A stretch of DNA of 61,595 bases, the filler included. It is 4 parts of 4 records of this genome, joined end to end, with 100 filler letters (N's around TTAATTAATTAA, not from the genome) between each part and the next. Parts side by side here need not be neighbours in the genome. Positions count along the whole stretch, not along the records: positions 1 to 27,865 come from SRR31156797_5520; 3 more parts are not named here. One strand, given 5' to 3'. Made by a program: the position numbers and the translations under genes. Below are positions 1 to 9,635 of the stretch, one piece after another. The notes under the pieces were generated by a model that searched no databases, was not told the origin of the DNA, and was given only the letters and a program-made list of their open reading frames with translations. How positions within the stretch are numbered: the first letter of the stretch is position 1; each line of letters begins with the position of its first letter.

Positions 1-784
1 GGATGGCAACCAGGATTTGGCTAAACACATCCGCTGGGGTGATGATGGCTGCAAGGATGAGTACAACCACAAACATGACCTTGCGGTTTTTGCGCATAAA
101 GTGCGGGGTGAGGATGCCGACTTTGGTGAGGAAGAAAACAAAAATGGGAAGCTCAAAAACTATTCCCACCGCAAAGGTGAGCGAAACTACAGTTGAAATA
201 TAACTGGTGAGGGCAATCTGATTCTCTACGCTGGCACTTACGTTATATGATCCGAGGAACATCACGGCCAGGGGGACTATAAGGAAATAACTAAATGAAA
301 TCCCAACCAAAAAAAGGAATGAGCTCCAAAAGACCGCGCCACGGGTATGTTTCTGTTCATTTTGGTAAAGTGCAGGTTTTACAAATTGCCATATCTCAAA
401 GATGATGTAAGGAATAGCCACAATGATGCCGGCAAAAATGGAGATCCAAAGGTGAATCAGAAACTGCCCCGCCATCTTGATGTTGATGAGCTTGAGGTTG
501 AAATTCTCGATACACAGTGCATCCGGGGATATTGCTGACCAGTAAGCTGCAATCCGTTTGCTCAGTTCGCAAAGGGCACGGTTTGTAATAAAGTCTGAGG
601 ATTTTGGTGCAAGGATAATGACGTCGAATATGAAATCTTTGGCCATAAATGCCACGATCCCAAGTATGACCACCACAGAGATAGATCGCACGATATGCCA
701 GCGCAACTGTTCAAGATGTTCCCAAAACGTCATCTCATCCTGCTGAGGATTCTCTGTATTTTCCGGTAATTCCTGCTGCGACAT
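1..784 (-). CDS. tatC: Twin-arginine translocase subunit TatC (3' end truncated by window edge)
   Basis: Not in the ORF track. Minus-strand translation from ATG 784 gives MSQQELPENTENPQQDEMTFWEHLEQLRWH...; near the edge it reads FELP...VLILAAIITPADVFSQILVAI, which are TatC motifs. Confidence 0.93.
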   Translation of the reverse strand, partial: MSQQELPENTENPQQDEMTFWEHLEQLRWHIVRSISVVVILGIVAFMAKDFIFDVIILAPKSSDFITNRALCELSKRIAAYWSAISPDALCIENFNLKLINIKMAGQFLIHLWISIFAGIIVAIPYIIFEIWQFVKPALYQNEQKHTRGAVFWSSFLFLVGISFSYFLIVPLAVMFLGSYNVSASVENQIALTSYISTVVSLTFAVGIVFELPIFVFFLTKVGILTPHFMRKNRKVMFVVVLILAAIITPADVFSQILVAI

Positions 785-831
785 TCCTTTTTTTAAATAA
801 CAATTGAACCAATTCTTAATTCATCATTCAA

Positions 832-868
832 TATTCCAACCTTCCAACATCCCAATATTCCATTACTC
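832..868. repeat. Degenerate 8-bp tandem repeat (tattccaa ccttccaa catcccaa tattccat tactc)
   Basis: Read directly in the intergenic gap between the GT2 gene and tatC. Confidence 0.55.
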
Positions 869-912
869 GAGTATCTCATCCTTCTCTATTTTTAGCTTGC
901 ATATCACTTCCG

Positions 913-1788
913 TCATCTTACAACCCTGTAGGTCCTGAACTTCCCGATTTCAATCCCATGCTTTTTTTCAAGCCAGTTTAAAAAACGTAATCTTGGCGAA
1001 AGTTTAATGCCTTTCGTAGGATCGAATGAAAACTCCCAGTTCATCCGCCTGATGCGCTCCTGCATCACTTTTGGATGTGTACCTGTGAAGCGTGATAGCG
1101 AGTCAATGTTCGTATAATCAAACTCATCTACTTTCTCGAAATTTTGTTCCATCCACTGATCGTCGTGCCACATTTTATTGAATGCTTCCAGTTTGTCCTG
1201 CATGGCGTCCGGTTTTCTAACCCAGCCATAGTGATAAACCGTTGCACCAATCTTTTTCACTTTCAGGCGTTTACCGTTTTTCATAAAGCTGATGGCATCG
1301 CGGAAAGAGGTGATGGCCTGATCGTTGCGGATAACGCGGATTTGTTTGTAAGTCCACTTTCTTGAATCTGCCACAAAATCGAAAGAACCGTAAAAATTCA
1401 GGTGATCAAAAAGTAATCCTTCCACACGCTTGATGTTGAGATTTTCCTGCATGGCTTTACGGATGGCCGGATAATCATTTTCGTGCAGCACTTCATCGCC
1501 CTGGATGTAAATTGCCCAATCGATGTCAGTGGGCAGGGCTGCTTTGGCTTTGTCGGTTTCCACTGCCAGTACGCGGCCACCCTTGCGAAGATTGTCATCC
1601 CAGATTGTTTGGATGATCCTGATTTTCGGAGAGCCGATCTTTTCGACCATCTCAAGCGTATTGTCATCCGAGTTACCTACCGCCACTACCATTTCATCAC
1701 AAAGCGGCAGTACTGATTTGATGGATTCGATAAACGGGTAGTCAAATTTTTCCCCGTTACGGATGATGGTGAAACCGGCAACTTTCAT
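913..1788 (-). CDS. Glycosyltransferase family 2 protein
   Basis: MKVAGFTIIRNG...VVAVGNSDD...YIQGDE (DxD-like) GT-A pattern; ATG 1788 preferred as start. Confidence 0.8.
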   Translation of the reverse strand: MKVAGFTIIRNGEKFDYPFIESIKSVLPLCDEMVVAVGNSDDNTLEMVEKIGSPKIRIIQTIWDDNLRKGGRVLAVETDKAKAALPTDIDWAIYIQGDEVLHENDYPAIRKAMQENLNIKRVEGLLFDHLNFYGSFDFVADSRKWTYKQIRVIRNDQAITSFRDAISFMKNGKRLKVKKIGATVYHYGWVRKPDAMQDKLEAFNKMWHDDQWMEQNFEKVDEFDYTNIDSLSRFTGTHPKVMQERIRRMNWEFSFDPTKGIKLSPRLRFLNWLEKKHGIEIGKFRTYRVVR

Positions 1789-1794
1789 AGGCCG

Positions 1795-1802
1795 CAAAAG
1801 TA
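1795..1802 (-). promoter_or_regulatory. Bacteroidota housekeeping promoter -7 element (TAnnTTTG)
   Basis: TACTTTTG on the minus strand just upstream of the GT2 start. Confidence 0.5.
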
Positions 1803-1961
1803 GTTATATTATCAGATTTTAAGGTTTGGAAAATTAACATCCTGATAAGCGGATATCTTACCAAATACGGTGATCGTTTTAAATGCTACGACCAGCCTAC
1901 GCAAGAGAGGACGTCTGTTACAAGAGAGATAGTCCTTTCGGAATTTTCCTCCATTCCCCCC

Positions 1962-2094
1962 TGCGCTAAGCGCTTAGCACCATACGCTATGCCTTTCAAC
2001 AAACTCGTTTATCCAACCCAACAAAACTCCAACACTTTCCCCTTCTCAAGTCGCTTTGGTCGCCTATTTCGCCCCTTTCGCTTTAGTCGCCCCC
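1962..2094. repeat. Two degenerate short tandem arrays (7-mers at 1962-1992; five 9-mers nTCGC... at 2050-2094)
   Basis: tgcgcta agcgctt agcacca tacgcta; gtcgctttg gtcgcctat ttcgcccct ttcgcttta gtcgccccc. Confidence 0.6.
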
Positions 2095-2095
2095 G

Positions 2096-3259
2096 TTACC
2101 CTCCCAGTGGATGCACATACTTATCAACATCTTCTGCCTTCACTTCCTCATTACACAATATCGCCAGCCTTTCGATTACGTTTCGTAATTCACGCACATT
2201 TCCGGTCCAGGTGTAGTCTTCCAGTTTTTTCAGGGCTTCGTCAGTAAAATTGAGTACAGGCTTACCCATTTTTGCGGATACGTCTTCCATAAAATGTTTG
2301 GCGAGTAGCGGTATGTCGCCATCGCGTTCATTCAGGGTGGGAACTTCGATGATGATAACACTCAGGCGGTGATACAGGTCTTCGCGGAAACGGTTGTTCT
2401 CGATTTCCTCGGCCAGTGATTTGTTGGTGGCTGCGATGATGCGTACATCCACAGGTATTTCCTTCTCGCCACCCACGCGGGTGATTTTATTTTCCTGCAA
2501 CGCCCTCAGCACTTTGGCCTGTGCCGAATGACTCATGTCGCCAATCTCATCCAGAAATAGCGTTCCGCCATGGGCCAGTTCAAAATCGCCTTTTCTTTGC
2601 TTGATGGCTGAGGTGAAGGAACCTTTTTCGTGCCCAAAAAGCTGGCTTTCGATGAGTTCCGAGGGAATGGCGGCACAGTTCACCTCGATGAAGGGTGCAT
2701 GGCCACGTGGACTTTTATGATGTAACCAGCGGGCCACAAGCTCTTTTCCTGTTCCGTTATTTCCCTGAATCAAAACCCTGGCGTTGGTTGGGGCAACCTT
2801 GTGGATCATATCTTTTACCTGCAACATGGCCGGCGACTGCCCGATCATTTCCCAGGCCTGAGGTACATCCTGCTTCAGTGTTTTGGTTTCTTTAATTAGG
2901 GTAGATTTATCGAGGGCATTCCGGAGCGTGATCAGCAGCCGGTTCAGGTCGAGGGGTTTGGCGATGTAGTCGTAGGCACCTTTTTTAATGGCTTCAACTG
3001 CCGTCTCAATGTTACCGTGGCCGGAGATCATCACCACGGGTGTATCCGTAATTTTCATGATATGATCCAGCACTTCCATGCCATCCATACCCTGCATTTT
3101 AATGTCGAGCAGGATCACATCAAATTTTTTGCTGTTCACCAGTTTCAGCCCTTCGATGCCATTTTCGGCATCATCCACTTTGTAACCCTCATTATCCAGG
3201 ATATCGCGCAGGGTGTTGCGGATACTTTTTTCATCATCAATGACCAGAATTTTTGCCAT
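2096..3259 (-). CDS. NtrC/NtrX-type response regulator (REC + sigma54-activator AAA+), no C-terminal HTH
   Basis: ILVIDDE receiver, GNNGTGKE Walker A, LFGHEKGSFTSA, LFLDEIG, WTGNVREL. Confidence 0.88.
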   Translation of the reverse strand: MAKILVIDDEKSIRNTLRDILDNEGYKVDDAENGIEGLKLVNSKKFDVILLDIKMQGMDGMEVLDHIMKITDTPVVMISGHGNIETAVEAIKKGAYDYIAKPLDLNRLLITLRNALDKSTLIKETKTLKQDVPQAWEMIGQSPAMLQVKDMIHKVAPTNARVLIQGNNGTGKELVARWLHHKSPRGHAPFIEVNCAAIPSELIESQLFGHEKGSFTSAIKQRKGDFELAHGGTLFLDEIGDMSHSAQAKVLRALQENKITRVGGEKEIPVDVRIIAATNKSLAEEIENNRFREDLYHRLSVIIIEVPTLNERDGDIPLLAKHFMEDVSAKMGKPVLNFTDEALKKLEDYTWTGNVRELRNVIERLAILCNEEVKAEDVDKYVHPLGG

Positions 3260-3405
3260 GGTTATCTCTTTAGATTTCAATTTCCCTTGGTAACGAAATA
3301 TTTTCAATTCTATTCTAAATCCGGATTAAAGCTAAAATGGATGGAAAAGTTACACCATCCGGCAAGTAAATAAACAGATTTGTTGTATCCTGATTTTTGA
3401 TTAGC

Positions 3406-4824
3406 CTATTTTGATATGATTATCGGATGTTCCAAAAAACCATATCCTGTTTTCAGAATCAACCTGTAGATGCCATTGGATAGGTCTGAAACGTTGACAT
3501 TGAGGGAGTTTGTGTTCACCGGTATTGTTTTAACCGCTTTACCTTCGGCGGAATAAATCATCAATAGCATACCTTTTGACAACTGATGGTCATCCTCAAA
3601 ACGGATGTTGAAAATCCCATTTGACGGATTGGGAAAAATCTCAAAATCCTTCTGGCTTAATTCAGGAACGGAGGGTGAAGGATAAAATCCCCAGAAATTG
3701 CGTTCGCGATAATAGTTTTTCCAGCGTTCCAATTCAATATCCCAGGTATAAAAAGTGAATTCTTTCCGGTTTCCTGAAGCAGCATGGTAGGTGTAGGTAT
3801 TTAAGGAAACATTGCGCCAAACCTCTGACCCGAATGACCAAAATTCGTTTAAAATCTCAAGAGGCGATTGATTTGCGTCATACAAATAGGTTTTGCGGGT
3901 GGTGTTCAGCCAATCCGATCCATCCCAAAAATATTCGGTAATCCGGTAAGTTGTTTCATCCGGGTTGTATTCGTAGTCACTATACCTGTTGTACATCCAT
4001 TCTCCAAGAGCCGGCTGCCAGGCGTATTCGTAAATTTTATCCACGAGGTCATCCGAATAAACATGTTCCCATTTCCTTTCATTTACCCACTCAACGCCAT
4101 CCCATGTTTCCTGAATTTCTTCGGCCAGGAATAATTTTGGTGTATAGGAATTGGTTATTTGCCGGTCCTTGATCCATGCCAGGCCGTTCCAATAAAAAAT
4201 CTGTCTGAGCGAATCCAGGTTATTTTGGTTGTAGAGAACCACTTCGTAATTGTCCCGCTCCCAACTTTGATCTATGGTGTCATAATAGTGATTATAGGTA
4301 AGGTGGAGAATTCCGGATTCGTTATAAAAAAAATCTGATAGCTTTCCCCCGACAAATTTATGGGAGAATGGGTCCCAGGTTTTGTACCAGCTTATGGTAG
4401 GTTCACCATGAATATTAAAATGAATTGAATCAGATAGTATCCAGGCGTTGTTTGCTGTATTTTTGACCCAGCTAAGCCACACTTTTCTGATGGTGTCGTT
4501 CAGGAAACTGCCTTCATATTTACGTTGCATGTACCAGTCACCCGTTAAAGAATCATGATCATAATCGTAGGCTTGCAATACATTTCCGATTTCATTTCGC
4601 TGCGCAACCCTGTAAATCCTGTTATTGTACCACTGTGAACCCGATTGAACGCCGTCGTAGAAGTAGGTTGAATCGGTGAGGTACTGGTCTTTACTGTGAT
4701 TTTCAATACCGGGAATAATGGTTTTTTTGTCACCGAATTGATTTTGTGAGGTTAACGAAGGAGCAAAAAGCAGCAATAAAACTGCCGTAAATATGTCTTT
4801 TATTGTGATCATTTTTGTCATCAT
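3406..4824 (-). CDS. T9SS type A sorting-domain protein with Trp/Tyr-rich internal repeats
   Basis: Signal peptide; repeated Y-x-W...W-x-N units; C-terminal IFPNPSNG...LSNGIYRL...IIISK sorting domain. Confidence 0.8.
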   Translation of the reverse strand: MMTKMITIKDIFTAVLLLLFAPSLTSQNQFGDKKTIIPGIENHSKDQYLTDSTYFYDGVQSGSQWYNNRIYRVAQRNEIGNVLQAYDYDHDSLTGDWYMQRKYEGSFLNDTIRKVWLSWVKNTANNAWILSDSIHFNIHGEPTISWYKTWDPFSHKFVGGKLSDFFYNESGILHLTYNHYYDTIDQSWERDNYEVVLYNQNNLDSLRQIFYWNGLAWIKDRQITNSYTPKLFLAEEIQETWDGVEWVNERKWEHVYSDDLVDKIYEYAWQPALGEWMYNRYSDYEYNPDETTYRITEYFWDGSDWLNTTRKTYLYDANQSPLEILNEFWSFGSEVWRNVSLNTYTYHAASGNRKEFTFYTWDIELERWKNYYRERNFWGFYPSPSVPELSQKDFEIFPNPSNGIFNIRFEDDHQLSKGMLLMIYSAEGKAVKTIPVNTNSLNVNVSDLSNGIYRLILKTGYGFLEHPIIISK

Positions 4825-4925
4825 GGTAATGCAACAAATGTAATCGAATTTTCAAAGTGTAATATGATGCATGCGTTTCAAACGTTGATTTTTATAGTTT
4901 TGTTAATAGTGATATCTTATCGAAA

Positions 4926-7271
4926 ATGAAAAAATTTCCAATTATATTTTTTATGCTGATTTTGGTGAATGTTGCTGTAATTGCACAGTACGACCTGCCA
5001 CTTGGATTTGAGAAAAACTACAATATTGCTGTGGCCGATACTTCTGGGATTGTGTTGCCCAATCCCTGGGGCGGTGGCATTAATGCCTGTCAGTTCGGAG
5101 AAATCGACCTGGATGATGACGGGGTCCGCGACCTGGTGGTTTTTGATCGCAATGGTAACCGCACACTGACCTGGAATAATGAAGGTGTCTCTGGAGAATT
5201 CAGCTACACATTTGAACCTGCGTTGGCAGAAAAATTACCTCATTTTGACGACTGGGTGATTTTTGCCGATTACAACATGGATGGGCGCAACGATATTTTT
5301 ACCTATTCCCGCGGTTTTGCCGGAATTAAAGTTTATCAAAATACAGGAAATCCTGATGAGATGTTTGAACTGGTGGTCTATCCATATCTCAAGTCCTTTC
5401 AGGGCAATGGTTATGTGAACGTACTGGTTACCTATGTAGATTATCCTGCAATCAGTGATCTGGATAACGATGGTGATCTGGACTTGCTCACCTTTTGGGG
5501 TCTGGGCTCGTTTGTTGAATTTCATTTGAATGAGTCTATGGAATTGTATGGTGTTCCTGATTCATTGATTTTCAGGAAAACGGAAAACTGCTGGGGTCGC
5601 TTTGCCGAAAGTGATGAATCCAACACCATCTACCTGGATACCTGTTTTGATCGCTCTCAAACCAACAGGGCGTTGGAGGTTTCTCCTCCTCAAGGAGAAG
5701 CAGGGTGGGTTTCAATGGCCGGAGGAGGTGCATTGGCCGGCAGTGCTGCGATGCCCCCAAGGCACACCGGTTCAACATTCTTAATTTTCGACAACAACGG
5801 AGATGGCCTTGATGACCTGCTGCTTGGGGATGTGGATTATGCATCTCCGGCTCTGTTGATGAATGGGGGCACCCCGCGGGATGCGTTGATGACAAGCCAT
5901 ACGTTTACTTTTCCCGATTACGATACGCCCATCGACCTGCTGTCTTTTCCGGTGATGAGTTACCTGGATGTGAATAATGACAATGTGAACGATTTGATCG
6001 TCAGCCCTTTTGATCCCAGCCTCGTAAAATCAAAAAATGTGAATAACAATTGGTTATACCTCAATCAGGGCGAAACTGATAACCCCGATTTTAACCTGAC
6101 TACAGAATCATTCCTTCAGGATGAAATGCTCGATTTTGGTGCCGGGGCTGTCCCCGTATTTTTTGATCACAATAGCGATGGTTTGCTGGATATCGTTGTC
6201 GGGAATTTTGGCTATTTGGATTCATCTTATTATGGATCAGGGTTAAACCTTTATTGCGATTATCGTGCACAGCTTGCTCTGCTTGAAAATACCGGAACTT
6301 CTACTCAACCATCATTTAAGTTGAAAACCAGGAATTATGCAAATCTTCCCGGTTATTTTCAGGAACACCAAAAGCCCTTTGCAGCTGTCCCAACTTTTGG
6401 TGATCTGGATGGTGATGGTGATGATGACATGCTGGTGGGAAATGCCGAAGGAACTATAATTCATTTTGAAAATATTGCACCAACTGGCCAGCCCGCCGAT
6501 TTTCAATTGGTGGATTCGCACTATCAGGATATTGATGCGGGGAGTTTTAGTGCTCCGCAATTATTTGATCTGGATGATGATGGCCTCACAGATTTAGCGG
6601 TTGGAAAACGAAACGGTACAATCTCCTGGTACCGGAATACTGGCACTTTTGGAAATCCTGTCTTTTCACTTGTTACTGACAGCTTGGGTGGTGTAGATGT
6701 GCGCAATCCCAACCTGTCGATTTTTGGTTACTGTGTTCCGCTCTTTTACAGAGATGCTGAAGCGGAAATACACCTTTTTGCCGGATCGGAGTTTGGGGAA
6801 ATTTATTATTACAACAATATCGCCGGCAATATTGATGGTAAGTTCAACCTGGTCATGAAAAACTACCTGTGGATTGATGAAGGCATCAGAAGTGCTGTGA
6901 CCATTGGAAATCCTGATAATGACGACTTCCCGGATATGATCATCGGGAATTATTCAGGGGGGCTTTCCTTTTTTTCAGGAACAGTTCCACCGCCAGCCGG
7001 AGTCGGAAATCGACCTGACGAAGAGTGGGTAATCCACGTATATCCAAACCCCGCCAGAGACCATCTGAATATTGCTTATCCACAAAATACTGATGTTAAA
7101 ATCATAAAAATCAGCGTGGTGGATTTTACAGGAAAAGAAATCATGACGATGTTTGATCAACAAAAGCAAGTTGATGTACGTTATTTAAAGGATGGTGTTT
7201 ACCTGTTCCGATTTTGGATTGAATCACAAAACGGACTACAAATAAAGGTCATTAAAACAATCATTGGATGA
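4926..7271 (+). CDS. FG-GAP/VCBS repeat beta-propeller protein with T9SS type A CTD
   Basis: Many D-x-D/N-x-DG-x-x-D motifs; C-terminal VYPNPARD...LKDGVYLF. Confidence 0.85.
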   Translation: MKKFPIIFFMLILVNVAVIAQYDLPLGFEKNYNIAVADTSGIVLPNPWGGGINACQFGEIDLDDDGVRDLVVFDRNGNRTLTWNNEGVSGEFSYTFEPALAEKLPHFDDWVIFADYNMDGRNDIFTYSRGFAGIKVYQNTGNPDEMFELVVYPYLKSFQGNGYVNVLVTYVDYPAISDLDNDGDLDLLTFWGLGSFVEFHLNESMELYGVPDSLIFRKTENCWGRFAESDESNTIYLDTCFDRSQTNRALEVSPPQGEAGWVSMAGGGALAGSAAMPPRHTGSTFLIFDNNGDGLDDLLLGDVDYASPALLMNGGTPRDALMTSHTFTFPDYDTPIDLLSFPVMSYLDVNNDNVNDLIVSPFDPSLVKSKNVNNNWLYLNQGETDNPDFNLTTESFLQDEMLDFGAGAVPVFFDHNSDGLLDIVVGNFGYLDSSYYGSGLNLYCDYRAQLALLENTGTSTQPSFKLKTRNYANLPGYFQEHQKPFAAVPTFGDLDGDGDDDMLVGNAEGTIIHFENIAPTGQPADFQLVDSHYQDIDAGSFSAPQLFDLDDDGLTDLAVGKRNGTISWYRNTGTFGNPVFSLVTDSLGGVDVRNPNLSIFGYCVPLFYRDAEAEIHLFAGSEFGEIYYYNNIAGNIDGKFNLVMKNYLWIDEGIRSAVTIGNPDNDDFPDMIIGNYSGGLSFFSGTVPPPAGVGNRPDEEWVIHVYPNPARDHLNIAYPQNTDVKIIKISVVDFTGKEIMTMFDQQKQVDVRYLKDGVYLFRFWIESQNGLQIKVIKTIIG

Positions 7272-7318
7272 CGGATAGGTTGGTAATTGTCAGACAGTTC
7301 ATATTTAAAAAACAACAC

Positions 7319-9175
7319 ATGAGAACATTCATACTTTCGATTTTAATATTTTTCTCAACCGGTATCTTCGCTCAACCTGTACCCCAGAAGCAGCCTGCCG
7401 ACCCTGATTTTTTTATTTCGGATGAAGAACTGCAGGATATGGAGAAACATGGTGTTGGATTGCCTCCGATACGTCCGGCATATGACCGATGGAAGAATTT
7501 TACGTATGAATCTTCGCGTGATTTTCCGGTGGTTTACGATTTAAGGGAAACCAACTACCTAACACCGGTTAAGTCACAATCTGCAGGTGGCTGTTGGGCA
7601 TATTCAACCATGGGTTGTGTGGAGGCACGACTAAAGATGTTGGGATATCCTGAATACAACCTTTCGGATAATAATCTTAAATTCTGCCATGGCTACATTC
7701 CATCAAGGAATACCAACGGCAACCACTGGATGTCATCGGCATATTTTGCCAGACGATCCGGGCCGTATCTCGAAATCGAAGACCCCCATCCGGGAGGTAC
7801 CAGCAGCAACGATGATTGCCCAACGGAATTTTCTGCTTTGTATTATATCCACGAATCCCGCTATCCTCCGGCTCAGGACATCGATTACATCAAACAAACC
7901 GTACTCGATTTTGGCCCGGTGTGGAGCCTGTTGATGTGGAATGAGGCATCCTACAATCCTGATGATTACACCTACTATTACACAGGAAGTTCTGTAAACC
8001 ACGCAGGGGTGATCGTTGGGTGGAATGATACCCTGGTTACTGCCGGCGGACCAGGTGCCTGGATCGTCCGAAATACCTGGGGACAGGGATTTGGCGAAGG
8101 CGGTTATTACTATATCTCGTACAACGATTCACAATTTGGAAAGTACAACGGCTACTGGCCTGAAGTGATGGAAAACGAAGCAGGAACAGTCGTTCATCAG
8201 TATGATGAAATTGGCGGATACTGGGGTGTGGGTTTTAATGGTGAGGTTGGCTATGGGCTGGTTAAATTTGAGGGTACCGACCGTGACAGTGAAATTTCTA
8301 AAATCGGGTCCTACATTGTTTCGACTAATTGCGGGGTTGAAATCAAAATCTTCGATCATTTCCAGGATTCGGTTTATGGATTGCTTGGCGGGATGGATGA
8401 AGTGCTTTTGGAATTGCCCGGTTATCACACTTTCGATCTTGATTCCGTCATTCATATCCCGGCAGGTGAAGATTTTTATGTGCAGATAAAATACGACTCA
8501 AATGATCCTGAGGACCTCTGGCCCATCGCCATCGAAGACACCATCAGTGGTTATGCTATGCCGGAGCTCGAATCAGGGAAATACTGGATTGCACCTGATC
8601 CAAACTTGTGGCCTACTTACTGGTATCCGGTGGGTGCAGGCACATCATATCACTACGATCTTTGCATAAAAGCTTACGCACACGAAATGTTTAATATTTC
8701 AGGTATAGTAACTTATGCAGATACACCGGGCACTGCGCTGGAAAATGTGAAGCTTTATTTAATGGGTCCTGATTCCTGCTGCATCGATTCCACCATGAGC
8801 AGCCTTGATGGGAATTATTCCTTTCACGGTTTGAGATCCGGAGATTATCAGGTGCAACTTTCGATAGATTTGGATTGGGGTAGTGTGAACTCAACGGATG
8901 CTTTGGCTGCAAAACTACATTACGAAAATGTTCCCGGTTTTACTCTGGAAGGACTTGCTTTGCAAGCGGCGGATGTGAATGGTGATTCGGTTGTGGACAG
9001 CCTGGATGCGGCTCTGATTCAAAAACGATCTATTTTTTTGGCAGATGATTTTCCTGCTTCAGAATTCGTGTTTAACAACCAGCCATTTACCATTGGAGGT
9101 GCCGATGCTGTAAAAGATATACAAGTCCTGATTCGTGGTGATATAAATGCTTCAAGGTATTGGGAAGATGATTAG
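7319..9175 (+). CDS. Papain-like C1 cysteine peptidase with lectin-like middle domain and C-terminal dockerin-like domain
   Basis: PVKSQSAGGCWAYS (Gln, Cys), NHAG (His), RNTWG (Asn); C-terminal VNSTDAL...ADVNGDSVVDSLDAALI...GDINAS; signal peptide from ATG 7319. Confidence 0.85.
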   Translation: MRTFILSILIFFSTGIFAQPVPQKQPADPDFFISDEELQDMEKHGVGLPPIRPAYDRWKNFTYESSRDFPVVYDLRETNYLTPVKSQSAGGCWAYSTMGCVEARLKMLGYPEYNLSDNNLKFCHGYIPSRNTNGNHWMSSAYFARRSGPYLEIEDPHPGGTSSNDDCPTEFSALYYIHESRYPPAQDIDYIKQTVLDFGPVWSLLMWNEASYNPDDYTYYYTGSSVNHAGVIVGWNDTLVTAGGPGAWIVRNTWGQGFGEGGYYYISYNDSQFGKYNGYWPEVMENEAGTVVHQYDEIGGYWGVGFNGEVGYGLVKFEGTDRDSEISKIGSYIVSTNCGVEIKIFDHFQDSVYGLLGGMDEVLLELPGYHTFDLDSVIHIPAGEDFYVQIKYDSNDPEDLWPIAIEDTISGYAMPELESGKYWIAPDPNLWPTYWYPVGAGTSYHYDLCIKAYAHEMFNISGIVTYADTPGTALENVKLYLMGPDSCCIDSTMSSLDGNYSFHGLRSGDYQVQLSIDLDWGSVNSTDALAAKLHYENVPGFTLEGLALQAADVNGDSVVDSLDAALIQKRSIFLADDFPASEFVFNNQPFTIGGADAVKDIQVLIRGDINASRYWEDD

Positions 9176-9360
9176 AATTTGTATTGTACATTTCCGGGAT
9201 TTTGCCTGGAGCCCCAAATCATCATATTTATTATTGAATCCTTAAAAAGGGTGTTTAACCTTATGCTGTAATTATTGGTTTTGTTCCGATTAATCCAGTA
9301 ATCAAATATGTTAAATCTGTACTGTTATGCTTTTAGTGTCCAGATTACTTTTTTAGCCAT
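9172..9360 (-). pseudogene. Decayed RelE/ParE-family toxin
   Basis: Translates as MAKKVIWTLKA*QYRFNIFDYWINRNKTNNYSIRLNTLFKDSIINMMIWGSRQNPGNVQYKF*. In-frame TAA at 9327-9325; overlaps the 3' end of the antitoxin-like gene; only about 62 codons. Confidence 0.75.
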
Positions 9361-9581
9361 GCCTCAATTTGATTGTTGGCCTCATCATTCGTCAAAGTAT
9401 TTCCCTTTTTGTAATCTGCTCTGGCCTCCTGGAGCGCAGATTTTTGTTCCTCAGATAATTCATAAACATCTTCTGATTGCTGGTTAATTTCCATTAATCG
9501 CCTGATTTCTGTCAGCAGTTCAGCATCCTCAGGTAAATTTAATTGTTGAATGATTTCGGATTTTAGTTCGGACAGCGACAT
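9345..9581 (-). CDS. Putative type II antitoxin (addiction-module component)
   Basis: 78-aa acidic protein with LSEEQKSALQEARADYKKG...EAWL pattern, directly upstream of a RelE/ParE-like remnant. Confidence 0.65.
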   Translation of the reverse strand: MSLSELKSEIIQQLNLPEDAELLTEIRRLMEINQQSEDVYELSEEQKSALQEARADYKKGNTLTNDEANNQIEAWLKK

Positions 9582-9635
9582 AGCTAATGAATTTTTACAT
9601 AAATATTAAATTTATTTTGTTTTGTGAATATTGCC

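Noticed and set aside
3-746. Three short plus-strand ORFs from the track
   Set aside because: They are antisense shadows of tatC on the minus strand.
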